Positions 14,721-24,879 of a DNA stretch of 64,000 bases are shown piece by piece. A program made the translations under genes and the position numbers. Under the pieces are notes generated by a model. It did not search any database. It had not been told where the DNA came from and saw only the letters and a program-made list of their open reading frames with translations. Every line of letters begins with the position of its first letter. Position 1 is the stretch's first letter. This DNA comes from Eledone cirrhosa (lineage: Eukaryota). Location: positions 343,480,001 to 343,544,000 of the forward strand of contig OZ024742.1 in assembly GCA_964016885.1 (NCBI GenBank), given 5' to 3'.

Positions 14721-14899
14721 TTTAAGTTAAGCCCAACAGTGACCAAGTGCTACACACCTTTTCAAGTTGTCAGAATTATAAAATAATTAGACTTACGTTA
14801 GTTAAACACAATAACAAAAATCCCATAACAAAATCAGTAGAGCATAACTAACATGTCCAGACAAGAGTTCGGTCCCCTTGTCTGGTTGCCATGCAGTCA

Positions 14900-15015
14900 T
14901 GCAGTAATAGACTAAGTCTTCTAAACATTGAATATTTATTCTAAGTCTGAGTTCAAATCCCGCTGAGGTTCCTGGTGGTTTTCATTCTTTCTGGTACGAT
15001 AAAGAAATTACCAGC
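14900..15015 (+). mobile_element. Degenerate SINE fragment (Octopus-type)
   Basis: GAGTTCAAATCCCGCTGAGGT...TTTCATTCTTTC...GATAAA...TACCAG is B-box-like plus a typical octopus SINE core; a shorter piece lies at ~18795-18830. Confidence 0.5.
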
Positions 15016-15646
15016 CATGTTTCCTTCTTGCTGTCACATCATGGATGTTCCATTGGATCAAGAGAGTGGGGTTCTGTCCACATGACAACACATAAATCAC
15101 TGAACGAAAGCATGGTCCAGTAAAAGATGAAACAGTTCACAATTACTGACCCCCGAATGACATCTGGCGGCTATTTCTCTTTATCTCGGTCGGCGTCAAC
15201 GGCCGGGAAAGGCTGGCTAGCTTGAAGTGAAGTGAGATAAGTTTTCTTCGGGTCATTTGACTCTGGTTCATCAGAAGAGAAGGACCATTTCGAGTTGCTC
15301 AAGCAAGTAGCGAGATGTAGCACTTAGCAAAGAAACTCCGGCCCTCTCGACAAGGGTCCGACAGCAATTCTTCCATCGGCACTTCAACCGCACACAATCA
15401 TCTGTCTCTTCATAATAGACAACACAGCTTCCTTGCTACTGAAAGCTTACTACTACCTATGCTGGTATGTGTTGTCTGACTACAATATGTCACTTTTTAA
15501 TCAAACATAGCATATTAAACAAATATTCTCCAGCACAACACAGAAGTCTGACCTACGAGAAATAGCAGCAAAATGTTGCTCAATCTATAAGATTAAGGAG
15601 AATTATAGAAACAACGATAAATGAAACAACAAAAATATTTACTTAC

Positions 15647-15829
15647 AATAATCAATGGCCTCAAAACGGCCATTACAGTCGACGTTCTGGTAATCATCGC
15701 ATTTCAATGTTTTAGCATTAAATAATTGTGGGAAAGGGCATTCTAGGGAATACTTCTCATAGTAAAACGAATACGAAGCGCTGCTGTTGTAGTACCAGTG
15801 GCAGTAATAGGGATGTGGTGTGATCGAAC
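15647..15829 (-). CDS. Chitin-binding protein, internal exon (one CBM14 domain)
   Basis: Acceptor ttttcttgcag|, donor |GTAAGT; 183 bp, phase 1-1; SITPHPYYCHWYYNSS...ECPFPQLFNAKTLKCDDYQNVDCNGRFEAIDY. Confidence 0.88.
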
Positions 15830-15889
15830 CTGCAAGAAAATATATATACACATACTCCCACACACAAATACAGACACATAGAATATAAT

Positions 15890-18230
15890 GCTTTCTTTAT
15901 TAGCCACAAGGTTTGATACAAAGTATAACATTAAGGACAGCACAGGGCAGTACAAATGGGAGTTCCTGCGTGTAAACATATACATATAACAAAAACAAAG
16001 GATGTAACAAAAAGAATGAAACAAAGGAAACTTCCCCAATAGTGGGGAGACTTCCGAGGGTCACTCGTGGAGAAAGCCTATTTAAAAAGCCATGGTGACC
16101 CTGACCACCAGAGCAAGTGCCCTCTCCCAGTCTTCCACCTCCAATCTACAGGCGCATACTCAGAGCAGGCCCATTCACTCGGCCCATGCTCACCTCTCTC
16201 ACCCATCTTTCAACAAAATGCTGGGAAGAGAGCACTTCCCTCTCCACCCTGATTTTACTTTTCAAATGAAATTTGAAAAAGTTAATCAGGGCATCGCCGA
16301 AGAGGTAAGTGCTCGTTTTGAGCCCTTTCAAATGCGTCCACCACACGAACGCTTTCGCCATGGCCACCAGACTATTAAAAACTGCCTGCCCTTCCCGACT
16401 AAAAGAAGGTGGCAGGGCAATCCTCACGATGGACTCAGCTGATAGTCGGATCCGTCCTACACGCGACAGCTGATGTTCGACATAAACCCACAGGTCTGCA
16501 ATGCTCGGACACTCGAATGCGTGCAGGACGGTTTCGACGCCCTGCGCGCATCTCGGACAGGTCCGGCTGACAGCACTTCCATGTCTGTATAGTTCACCCC
16601 GAGCTGGCAAAGCTCCCCAGTAGCACTGCCAGGCCAGGGATTTCTGGAAGATGTCCATGGGCACCGGCTCGAAAGTTCTGAAAAGAATGGCTAGTTAATT
16701 TTTGTCGACGCCCAGAATCTTCCCAGGGACGTCGTCGCTCTTTCTCTCCATTAACCCTCTATAGAACGCCAAAGTGGAATTTCTACCGATCGCATCACCC
16801 GACTGGTCGAGGTTTGTGAGCGCCTGAAGACATTTGGTCTCCAAGCGCTTCCTCTCGGTCTTCGCATGACCCAGGACTGCAGCTCTGTCAAGGAGACGAG
16901 CTGAGGAAATATGTCTAACAAACGGCGACCACACCTGATCACCGTCGACGAAGAGGTGGAGATGCCGTAGCCTGAGTGCATGTCTGCGCATCATCAGCCA
17001 CAGTTGCCCAGCCCTCCAAGTAGCGGGTGTTGACAGCAGATGAAAGAGGAAACACTCCAGTGCAGTCAGGTGAGGCTTAGGACAAGGCACGACGATCCGG
17101 TGGCAGTAGGTGATGGACGCGATATACGCGTTCACCACCTCCACTCGACCTTTCGGGGATAGCTTCCACTCAGCCCATTTCAAGGTGAGAGGCCATCCTG
17201 CTCGTCACCTCGTCCTAATTTGTGTCCGCCTGGAGGTCTGAACTGAACCAAACCCCTAACAATTTAACCGGTCCGTCTGTCCAGCGCCCAATGACGCTGT
17301 TGGACGGCATAGACCTGCCTCTCCAGGTGCCGAGCAGCAGGTCCACCGACTTTTCCTGGTTAATCATTAGTCCTGTCACCGCCTCGTATTCTCTTAGTGT
17401 AGTGCCGATCGCCTCGATGTGTTTGGCGCTTGACACCACTACGGTAAAGTCATCGACATGTGCTGACTTGGTTTCTCCGCATTCCAGTTCACGCGGGACG
17501 CCCCTCAACGTCTCCATTTTGTGCAGTAATGGTTCAAGAGTCAACATATACAGACGGGTCGAGAGGGGACAACCTTGATGGACCGAGTGCATGATGTTGA
17601 AAGGTTCCGATAGGGGACTGTTCGCTCTAACCACAGAGCAGATGTCGCTGTGCATTGCAGCGATCCACCTCCTGAAGACGGGCCCGAAGCCTGTTGCTTT
17701 GAGTACGGCTGCAAGGAAGCGATGGTCCACCCTATCGAAGGCCTTTGATTGATCTATATTGATCAGAGCCCCATCCATGCCAGGTTCCTTAGCTACCCTC
17801 TCTATGATGTATCGCATAAGGTGAAGGTTGTCGTAGATGGACCTGTCCGGATTGGCACATGTTTGCGCCTCCCCTACCAGATCACCGACGACAAGCACCA
17901 ACCTCACTGCTAATACTTTGGCCAAAATTTTAAACTCTATATGGTTCCTCTTGTTCGCAGAACTGGGAATTCTCTCGTTCTGCAGCCATTTGGTGTAGAC
18001 ATCTGCTAAGATGTCGCCGAACAAGTCTGGCACGTTTGTGTAAAGCCAAGTGATTTGCCCCTCATGCAGCTTGCCATTGCGTCTCATATTTCCTCGGCTG
18101 TTATCGGTTTTTCGCAACATTCCACCTCCCTCGCCGAGAGCCGTGGTAGACCACGGGGTAGGTTCTGAAATCCATCCCTCGATCGACCCGCCACCGCTCC
18201 CGAACATTTGAGCGAAGTGTTGCTCGCAAT
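15890..18230 (-). mobile_element. L1/Tx1-like LINE copy A, 5'-truncated ORF2 (RT plus C-terminal zinc finger), degenerate
   Basis: ORFs 17215..18276 (DQSKAFDRVDH, QGCPLS, HVDD), 16695..17183, and 16146..16664 (CPRC..ETVLHAFECP); 3' end AATAAAGAAAGCATTAT near 15890. Confidence 0.92.
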
Positions 18231-18395
18231 TCGTCCAGAAGAACATTACAAATATTATAATCGTTGATAAACGCATAAAAGAGAGAGAAACTGAGAGAAG
18301 AGATGATGCTTGGGAGAGGAAAAAGAGGAAAGAAAGCGCGTCTTACTATTAGTCGGCGATAAAGTTAAATAGTATGTAAATACATGTTGAACTTT

Positions 18396-18630
18396 CTAGT
18401 CGAGTTAGGATGGCTCTTCCAACTCATCTTCCTCACCATCCTCCAGTGAAACACCTTCTCACTATTCTGTTAGCCGGGGCCGTGGGCCGACCAGCACGCG
18501 GGCCCCATTTGCTCATAATTGTGAGTGATAGGAGGAGCGGGAGGGAAGGGGGAAGTGACAGTGGTGTTTGGTTCCTTTGTGTTCGGACCTGGTATATATG
18601 TATATATTTACTGCACCACATGTTATTGTA
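18396..18630 (-). repeat. Unclassified interspersed repeat; related copies at ~21050-21170, ~21380-21480 and ~28681-28830 (+)
   Basis: Visual alignment of shared motifs such as CCCGGCTGACAAAATAGAGAAGG...GGAGGAT.AGTTGGAAGAG and ACCAGGTCCGAACA...GGAACCAAAC.CCACTGTCACT. Confidence 0.7.
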
Positions 18631-18829
18631 TGCATTATTACCATTACAGATATATTGATAGAAGAAGGATAGAGAAAGGGGATTGTTGAACAGCTTTTTG
18701 TTATAATGCAATATGAATAACAAACAATAGATTTAGGAAAACATTGATATGTTTTTCAAACACTTAGGGTCGGACAATCTGTTTTGAGGCATAAAGTTAC
18801 GCCGAGGTTAGCTTTGCCTTTCATCCTTA

Positions 18830-19958
18830 TGACAACAATATATATTTAATTATTTATTACACTTCATCAGAAAGCCTATAGTAGTGGAATTCAACTATTC
18901 ACCACGAGATAGAATTCAGTAATGAGATTTTCGTTTAAGAAAATGTAAATAAGTTAAAAATAACATGAAATACAGTCAGTTAGTGTGATAGTAGAAAGGG
19001 AGGGGTAAAGAGTTTCACACTTCGTGTGCTGTGATGTGGAACAATTATTCTTTGACCATTGTTATAGGTAAAGAGAGATTATAGGTAAAGAGAGGTTATA
19101 GGTAAAGAAGGTGTAAAGAGAGGGACAGAGAAAGATAAGGTAGAGATTAAGAGTAGGCTAGAGGGGGTAAGGAGGAAAGGAATTAAGAAATGGGATTGTT
19201 TTGAATATTACTGAATCCGTTGTGAAATAAAAAGTTCAAATGCCACAGTAAATGTATCAATAAGATATAATAAAACCTAGATATTAGGGATCGAATCTTG
19301 TTCTAGTCCAGTTTGTACTTGGCGAAGGTTTTTAGAACCTTGTGTCTGCAATTAAATATTCTATCGTGCCGGGAATTTAGAAGGTCCTTTCAATTACTTT
19401 CCTCAAACATAGTTCACAGGGGCGCCTTTCATTCCGGTATGGACGGGCAAATTTCAGCACGGACCATTGTAGTGTGTATTCAATATTAGCGTGTTTCAGA
19501 TCCCCAGATTGTTTTCGCCAGGGCCGTAGATCTAGCCAAACTGGGGTTTCTAATGTGTGGCTGTGCACATACCATCTTTTCTTGAAAATATTCGAAGTGG
19601 AGCCCACATATTTATATATCCCCAGTTTAGATTTTACCACACATTGATAAATGATATTTTTGTACAAGCATTTAACCGATAGAGGACAATTGCTGGGATT
19701 TCTGCAGTTGCAGTTTGTCCGTGTATAGTGTGTGGTTTCCTTCCTGGTTCTAGTGTTGTGGTTGTTATTCCGAGTGTTTTGTTGTTACTCCGGATATGCT
19801 ATTTTTAACTTATTTACATTTTCTTAAACGAAAATCTCATTACTGAATTTTACCTCGTAGTGAACAGTTGAATTCCACTACTATAGGCTTTCTGATGAAG
19901 TGTAATAAATAAGTAAGTATTGCATATGATTGAACAATATATATTGTAGTCAGCATAT
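18830..19958 (-). mobile_element. Penelope-like element fragment: GIY-YIG endonuclease end plus 3' region, bracketed by inverted pseudo-LTR copies
   Basis: CNCRNPSNCPLSVKCLYKNIIYQCVV...KYVGSTSNIFKKRWYVH...CELC (ORF 19377..19667 and upstream); ~115-bp inverted repeat core 18850-18965 / 19796-19912. Confidence 0.88.
19883..19958 (+). ncRNA. Degenerate type I hammerhead ribozyme in Penelope pseudo-LTR
   Basis: CTGATGA (19892), stem II GTGTAATA/TATTGCAT, GAA, palindromic stem III CAATATATATTG, TA; GAAA box and stem I are imperfect. Confidence 0.5.
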
Positions 19959-20220
19959 GTAGACAATTTATAATGGACAAAGAAACATATGTCAAAGCAA
20001 ATAAATTCATAATTTCTTCCCGCCGACTTTTATTTTTCTTGGTGCAGTACTTGCTTATATTAATACACTTCGTGATCTCTTCTGGACCTTTATACCATAT
20101 TCCCCTGCTTGGAGATTATACGATTCAAATGATACCGTCGTGTCAAACGTTCTGGTAAGTAGCTTTCTTGTTTAAACATTCATTCCGGATATATATAAAC
20201 AAAACGTTATCTACCTTCAC

Positions 20221-20505
20221 ATATGTATATATATATATATTTATGTATGCATGTATGTATGTATTTTATATATATGTATGCATGTATATATGATGTGTTT
20301 GTATGTACGTATGCATTTTATGTGTGTATTTTATACATGTATATATGTATTTTATGCATGTAAGTGTTTGTGTGTATTTATGTATGTTTGTATGTATTTT
20401 ATACATGTATATATGTATTTTATGTATGCTTGTACGTGCGTATGTATATATGTATGTATGTTTGTATTTTATGTATTATGCATGTATGTACGTATGTATA
20501 TACAA
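20221..20505. repeat. Degenerate (TATG)n/(TA)n microsatellite
   Basis: Low-complexity TA/TG tract. Confidence 0.92.
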
Positions 20506-21480
20506 ATATTGTTTGAAACTGTTCAGACGTAATTGAGAAAATCACTGATTGTAAAACAACCGGTTTTATATTTACTGTCTCAGTACTGTTTACTATATAT
20601 AACTTTTAACATACTTTGATTGCTGTTTGATAGAATATCAATTGCGTCCTATTTACTATCTAGAAAAAATTACTACTAAAATAGGTTTTCTACACTAAGT
20701 TCGTGAGTTAAATTCTAGATGACATTTTGTGTCCTCGAACAAGAGACTGTAGTTCACGAATCTGCAGTTTACTCAAACATCCTTCCCTATGCTTTCTCCC
20801 GTTGCTTGATAGTACTTGCTCTTTCCCTCCTTTTCTTCTCATTTACGACATTTATAGTCCTTTCTTTTGCTTTCCTATACAGCCAGATATGCCCTTCTTT
20901 GCCTCAGCCCCCTTTTGAGTTTTACCAGTTCAATTTGAATAGGCACATTATCAGTTTGTGCATAGCCGATATAATCTAGTACGTATTTTCTTATTTATAG
21001 AAGTGACGTCCGAACAAGTATCCTCCACTACCAACTAACTTGCACTACTCCTCTGGGTCCCGGTCGACAGGATGGAGAATACATTGCCCCGGAGGACAGC
21101 GAGGGACGCGCTGAAACAGCTACACCCCCACGCGATACTCACACCTGCGGGCGACCAAAACTTCAATGGATTGTTGTCTATTTGACAACATTTCAAATTC
21201 GACTCCTGCATGTCAGAACGCTACTGAATGTAACAAGTAATAATTTAAAAGTTTATCAAAAAACTAATTATACTTCTAATATCGAAAGCTAGCTTGGTCA
21301 CTTACTGTGTGACGTTCAATCTTACGGAGAATCAAGTTAAGTGAACTCGTTGTTATGAAATATTTAATCCCTATGTCAAATATACAGTTAATGTGATGTG
21401 GTAAATAAATATATACATATTCACCAGGTCCGAACAAAATGGAACCAAACCCCCACTGTCACTGCCCCCCATACTATTAT

Positions 21481-21603
21481 TTAGGCGATCGGATCCCGGC
21501 TGTTAATCGACACCTCTTCAGATATGCGAGTTTACTGGTACCACCCATGTAAACTCGCATATCTGAAGAGGGGTCGAATAAGAGTCGGGATCCAATCACC
21601 TGA
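21481..21603. repeat. Inverted repeat/hairpin, 55-bp arms, 13-nt loop
   Basis: Arms 21481-21535 and 21549-21603; inner 23 bp perfect, 7 mismatches in the outer part. Confidence 0.95.
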
Positions 21604-21682
21604 TCAAACCCGAGCTGATTGATATCGAAACAGTCGCCTATGGACGCATCCTAGCAACCATAAGACATATATATATATATAT

Positions 21683-21812
21683 AAGTTAATATATATTAAT
21701 ATATGATAAACACATACGTGTTTGTATTGTAAGAGACAAAGTTAGCTAGCTAACTTTGTCTCTTACAATACAAACACGTATGTGTTTATCATATATTAAT
21801 ATATATTAACTT
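21683..21812. repeat. Perfect 130-bp palindrome without spacer
   Basis: 65-bp arms centred on GTTAGCT|AGCTAAC (21747/21748), checked base by base. Confidence 0.98.
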
Positions 21813-21900
21813 GTATTTCACTGCTCGGAAATGCGAAATGCTTCTTTCTTTGAACTGATTAATTGTAAATGATTTTGAGTTTAAACTCTAAATATAATAT

Positions 21901-21936
<36 letters not shown>

Positions 21937-21997
21937 AAAGAAGAAGAAGAAGAATGGGGAAGAAAAAGAGATAATGTTTCAAAAGAGATATGCTTAC

Positions 21998-22262
21998 AGT
22001 CATCCCAAGTTGAATTGATCTGGACACAAGTAGTATTACCTACGGACCAAACTTGACCAGATGGACACGGTGGCATAGGTAAAGGTTGACCATAAAGGCA
22101 GAAGTAAAATGTCTGACAATTTTCAGGGTCTCTTTTCCACCCGGTGAATGTGTCGTAATCGCAAGGATACGTTGGATAGTCTATCATCAGTGCCGTTGTT
22201 ATGTACAGGAGGGCAACAAGAAAGAAGGGAAATACATTGCTGTGATGTCGGTGTAAAGTCAT
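21998..22262 (-). CDS. Chitin-binding protein, first coding exon (signal peptide plus CBM14 domain)
   Basis: ATG at 22262; MTLHRHHSNVFPFFLVALLYITTA hydrophobic leader; CDY..DPENCQTFYFC..CPSGQVWS..CV; donor T|GTAAG, phase 1; the three exons total 1230 nt = 409 aa plus stop. Confidence 0.85.
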
Positions 22263-22823
22263 CTTGTTAAATAGATATTTTGTGACCTGACGAATTTTCA
22301 AATGGCTGTTAAGGAAGTAAACATAGACAGAATGAGGTGTTGCATTGGCTACCGAAAACTGAATGAGTCTATTAATGTGTCAACTATGAGCTTAAATACG
22401 TTAAGAAAACGAGTGCAAAAGAATAATATATCCCAATGACTAATCGTACGTAAAAAAACTTGAACAAATTTATCAGCAAGAGGAGGAGAAGAAGAAGAGG
22501 AAGAAGGATGGGGGGAGGGGAAAAAGAAGAAGAAGAGGGGGAGGGAGAATTAGAAGGAGAAGAAGAAGAAGAAGCGTCACCATATCTCCCTTCTCAATGA
22601 AAAACAATAACAACAACATCAAAAATAAACAAAGCAAACAAATAATACACCTAATAATACTTCCTAGCTCAGACATAATGAAATTAATTAGTTGTGCGGA
22701 GACATAATTAATTAACCTCAGTATATAACTGGTATAGTTGGTATATCTCTGCCCCGAAAAAAAAATTGTTATCAATAAATACAAGGAAAACAATTGTACG
22801 ATTTACAAATATATGAAACTCAC

Positions 22824-22965
22824 CGATGAAAACAATAGCTAAAGCATTGCCTGCTATAGCTAAAGCACTTATACTGACGACAATATATTGGGTTATATTA
22901 AAACGTCCGACCTGATTGAGAGACCGTATAATTTTATCCACATTTATCGTAGAATCAGAAGACAT
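22824..22965 (-). CDS. SLC22 / organic cation transporter-like first coding exon (N-terminus plus TM1); no further exons seen in the window
   Basis: MSSDSTINVDKIIRSLNQVGRFNITQYIVVSISALAIAGNALAIVFI(G) fits the SLC22 N-terminal pattern D.IL...G.F..; donor G|GTGAGT, phase 1. Confidence 0.65.
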
Positions 22966-23247
22966 TTTGTCTATATTTGCTCTCTTTGCTCACCGTTAAG
23001 AAAAGACTTTCAAGTTAGAATGGGTGTCTCATTTTATCACTTTAGTTAATCATATGTGAGTGCACGAAACTTCGATATTGTTTTCAGTGTTGTAAAATGA
23101 AAGCATTTAATCTGCATATACGATGCATGTATATGTTACATGAGTTGTAGTGCTATAGCTGGAAGAAGAAGAAGAATGTTACACACTGAACTTCATGAAA
23201 TTTTTTTTGCTAGGGGTCTTGCAATATGTAAAGTGATTTAGTTGACT

Positions 23248-23650
23248 TATAACGGGTTTTAGGGTCAATTCTTAATATACATAATAGAGATCAGAAGGCA
23301 TTTAGAACATTGACTAAATCCATTATCGATGTTGTAACTCTATTTATTAGTCGTACATGTTGAACGGATACATTAGGTACAGGTCGTATCTACATGTGTA
23401 GGATGTAGTTTGGTCCGCTTCATTGCAAGATGGAGATGTTGTTAGCAGCGAGGAGTGTAGCCTGGTCTTGTCGATAAGAGAGGTGCGTGTAGACTAATGT
23501 CTCTCTTGGTCACCTCCGCTCACACTGGTGACGTAGTTCTGGACAGTCGAATTAGTGCACCGAAGGTTTCGATTGGCTCACACTTCAGCCAACTTACCTC
23601 CGTAACACCATTCCGCCGCAGAAGGAAAATACATTTTATTCACTGCTACA
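23248..23650 (-). repeat. 3' LTR (403 bp)
   Basis: Direct repeat of 28069-28471 with one visible substitution; preceded on the minus strand by PPT-like AAGCAGGGGGTGA. Confidence 0.97.
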
Positions 23651-23904
23651 TCACCCCCTGCTTAGGCTTACAGCCGACAGAGAAATAAGGGTAGCAGTTG
23701 AATAAAAGAAAAAGTACTATATAATAGTAAACACAATAAAATATATCACTGATAAAGAAATGTTCATATTACAGGAAAGTCAGAAATAGTGTAATGTTCA
23801 CCTTAGTTCATACATTTAATACAAATACAAGGGCGGAGCAAACTCCAAGAAGATTGCTGTAAATAACATAGTTCATATATAAAGAGTCTTGCAAAGCTTC
23901 TTGG

Positions 23905-24535
23905 GCCAATGGTCCGACAAGATCTATATGGACATGGCTGAACCTAGCGTCTGGAGTGCTGAAAGTTCCAAGGGGTGCGCGGATGTGTTTGTGCACCTTT
24001 GACTTTTGGCAGGATAGGCAGGAACGTGTCCAGGCAGTGATGTCCCGCCTCATATTAGGCCAGAAGAATCTAGCCGCAATGAGCTTCACTGTGGTCGATA
24101 TTCCAGGGTGTGCCAGACCGTGCAAGGTGTCGAAAACTGCTCGACGATGAGTCACTGGCACTAGAGGGCGAGGTGCATCTGTCGAGGTGTCGCAGATAAT
24201 CTGTGTGTCCGAAGTGGGCACAGGCAGATATGCAAATTTGCCAGTTGCAAATTCAGAAGACGAGAGGTCCAAAGTATCCAGAGGTGGTTGTTCTGTGGCC
24301 ATTCGTTGGAGGTCGATTTCCGCTGGCGATGACAGGGAATTAATTGGGAGGCGAGACAGTGCATCTGCCGCCGCATTCTGCTCACCAGAGATGTGTCGGA
24401 TATCGCTGGTAAATTGCGAAACGAAGTCCAAGTGGCGAGTTTCGCGAGGTGAATATTTGTCCGGCTTAGAACGCAGTGCGAACGTAAGCGGACGGTGGTC
24501 AGTGTATATAACAAATTGGCGACCCTCCAGTGAAT
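23905..24535 (-). pseudogene. pol: Gypsy pol 3' part: RNase H C-terminus, integrase HHCC zinc finger, start of the core then deletion
   Basis: SLEGRQFVIYTDHRPL, NAAADALSR, HGLAHPG..CLSC, HIDLVGPL followed by unrelated sequence. Confidence 0.9.
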
Positions 24536-24879
24536 CATCATTCATCATCATTTCATTTTACGTCCGCTTTTTCCCTGCTTGCAAGGGTGGGACGGGAACT
24601 GATTCTGGCTTGATTTCTACAGCTGGATGCCCTTCCTAACACCAACCTCATTTACAGTGAGTGCTGGGTGCTTTTTTGCCGTGGCACCTCCACGATCACT
24701 TTGCAGTGGAATGATAGGGACCCCTGTCCCTATCATCTCATTTCTACAGCTGAGTAAACTGGAGCAATGTGAAATAAAGTGTCTTGCTCAAGGAAACAAC
24801 ACATCACCCGGTCTGAGAATTGAACTCACAACCTTTCGATTGCAAGGCCAATGCTCTAACCACTAAGCCATGTGCCTCC
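24536..24879 (-). mobile_element. tRNA-derived SINE (~345 bp) nested in Gypsy RNase H
   Basis: Minus-strand head GGAGGCACATGGCTTAGTGG (A box)...GAGTTCAATTC (B box), core CCTTGAGCAAGACAC, (TGA)n tail; splits YLAVKY|..SLEGRQF. Confidence 0.9.

Noticed and set aside
15240-15285. Minus-strand CTGATGA hammerhead candidate
   Set aside because: No convincing stems I and III, and no correctly placed GAAA
20251-20536. MYVC-type ORFs
   Set aside because: Translations of the (TATG)n microsatellite
21560-21640. CTGAAGA / CTGATTGA...GAAAC hammerhead-like motifs beside the hairpin
   Set aside because: Core spacing and stems do not form a consistent hammerhead fold
23497-23688. Duplicated small ORF (also 28318..28521)
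   Set aside because: Antisense ORF inside the two LTR copies
24805-24879. tRNA gene
   Set aside because: It is a SINE head: A/B boxes continue into a SINE core and tail, with no proper acceptor stem
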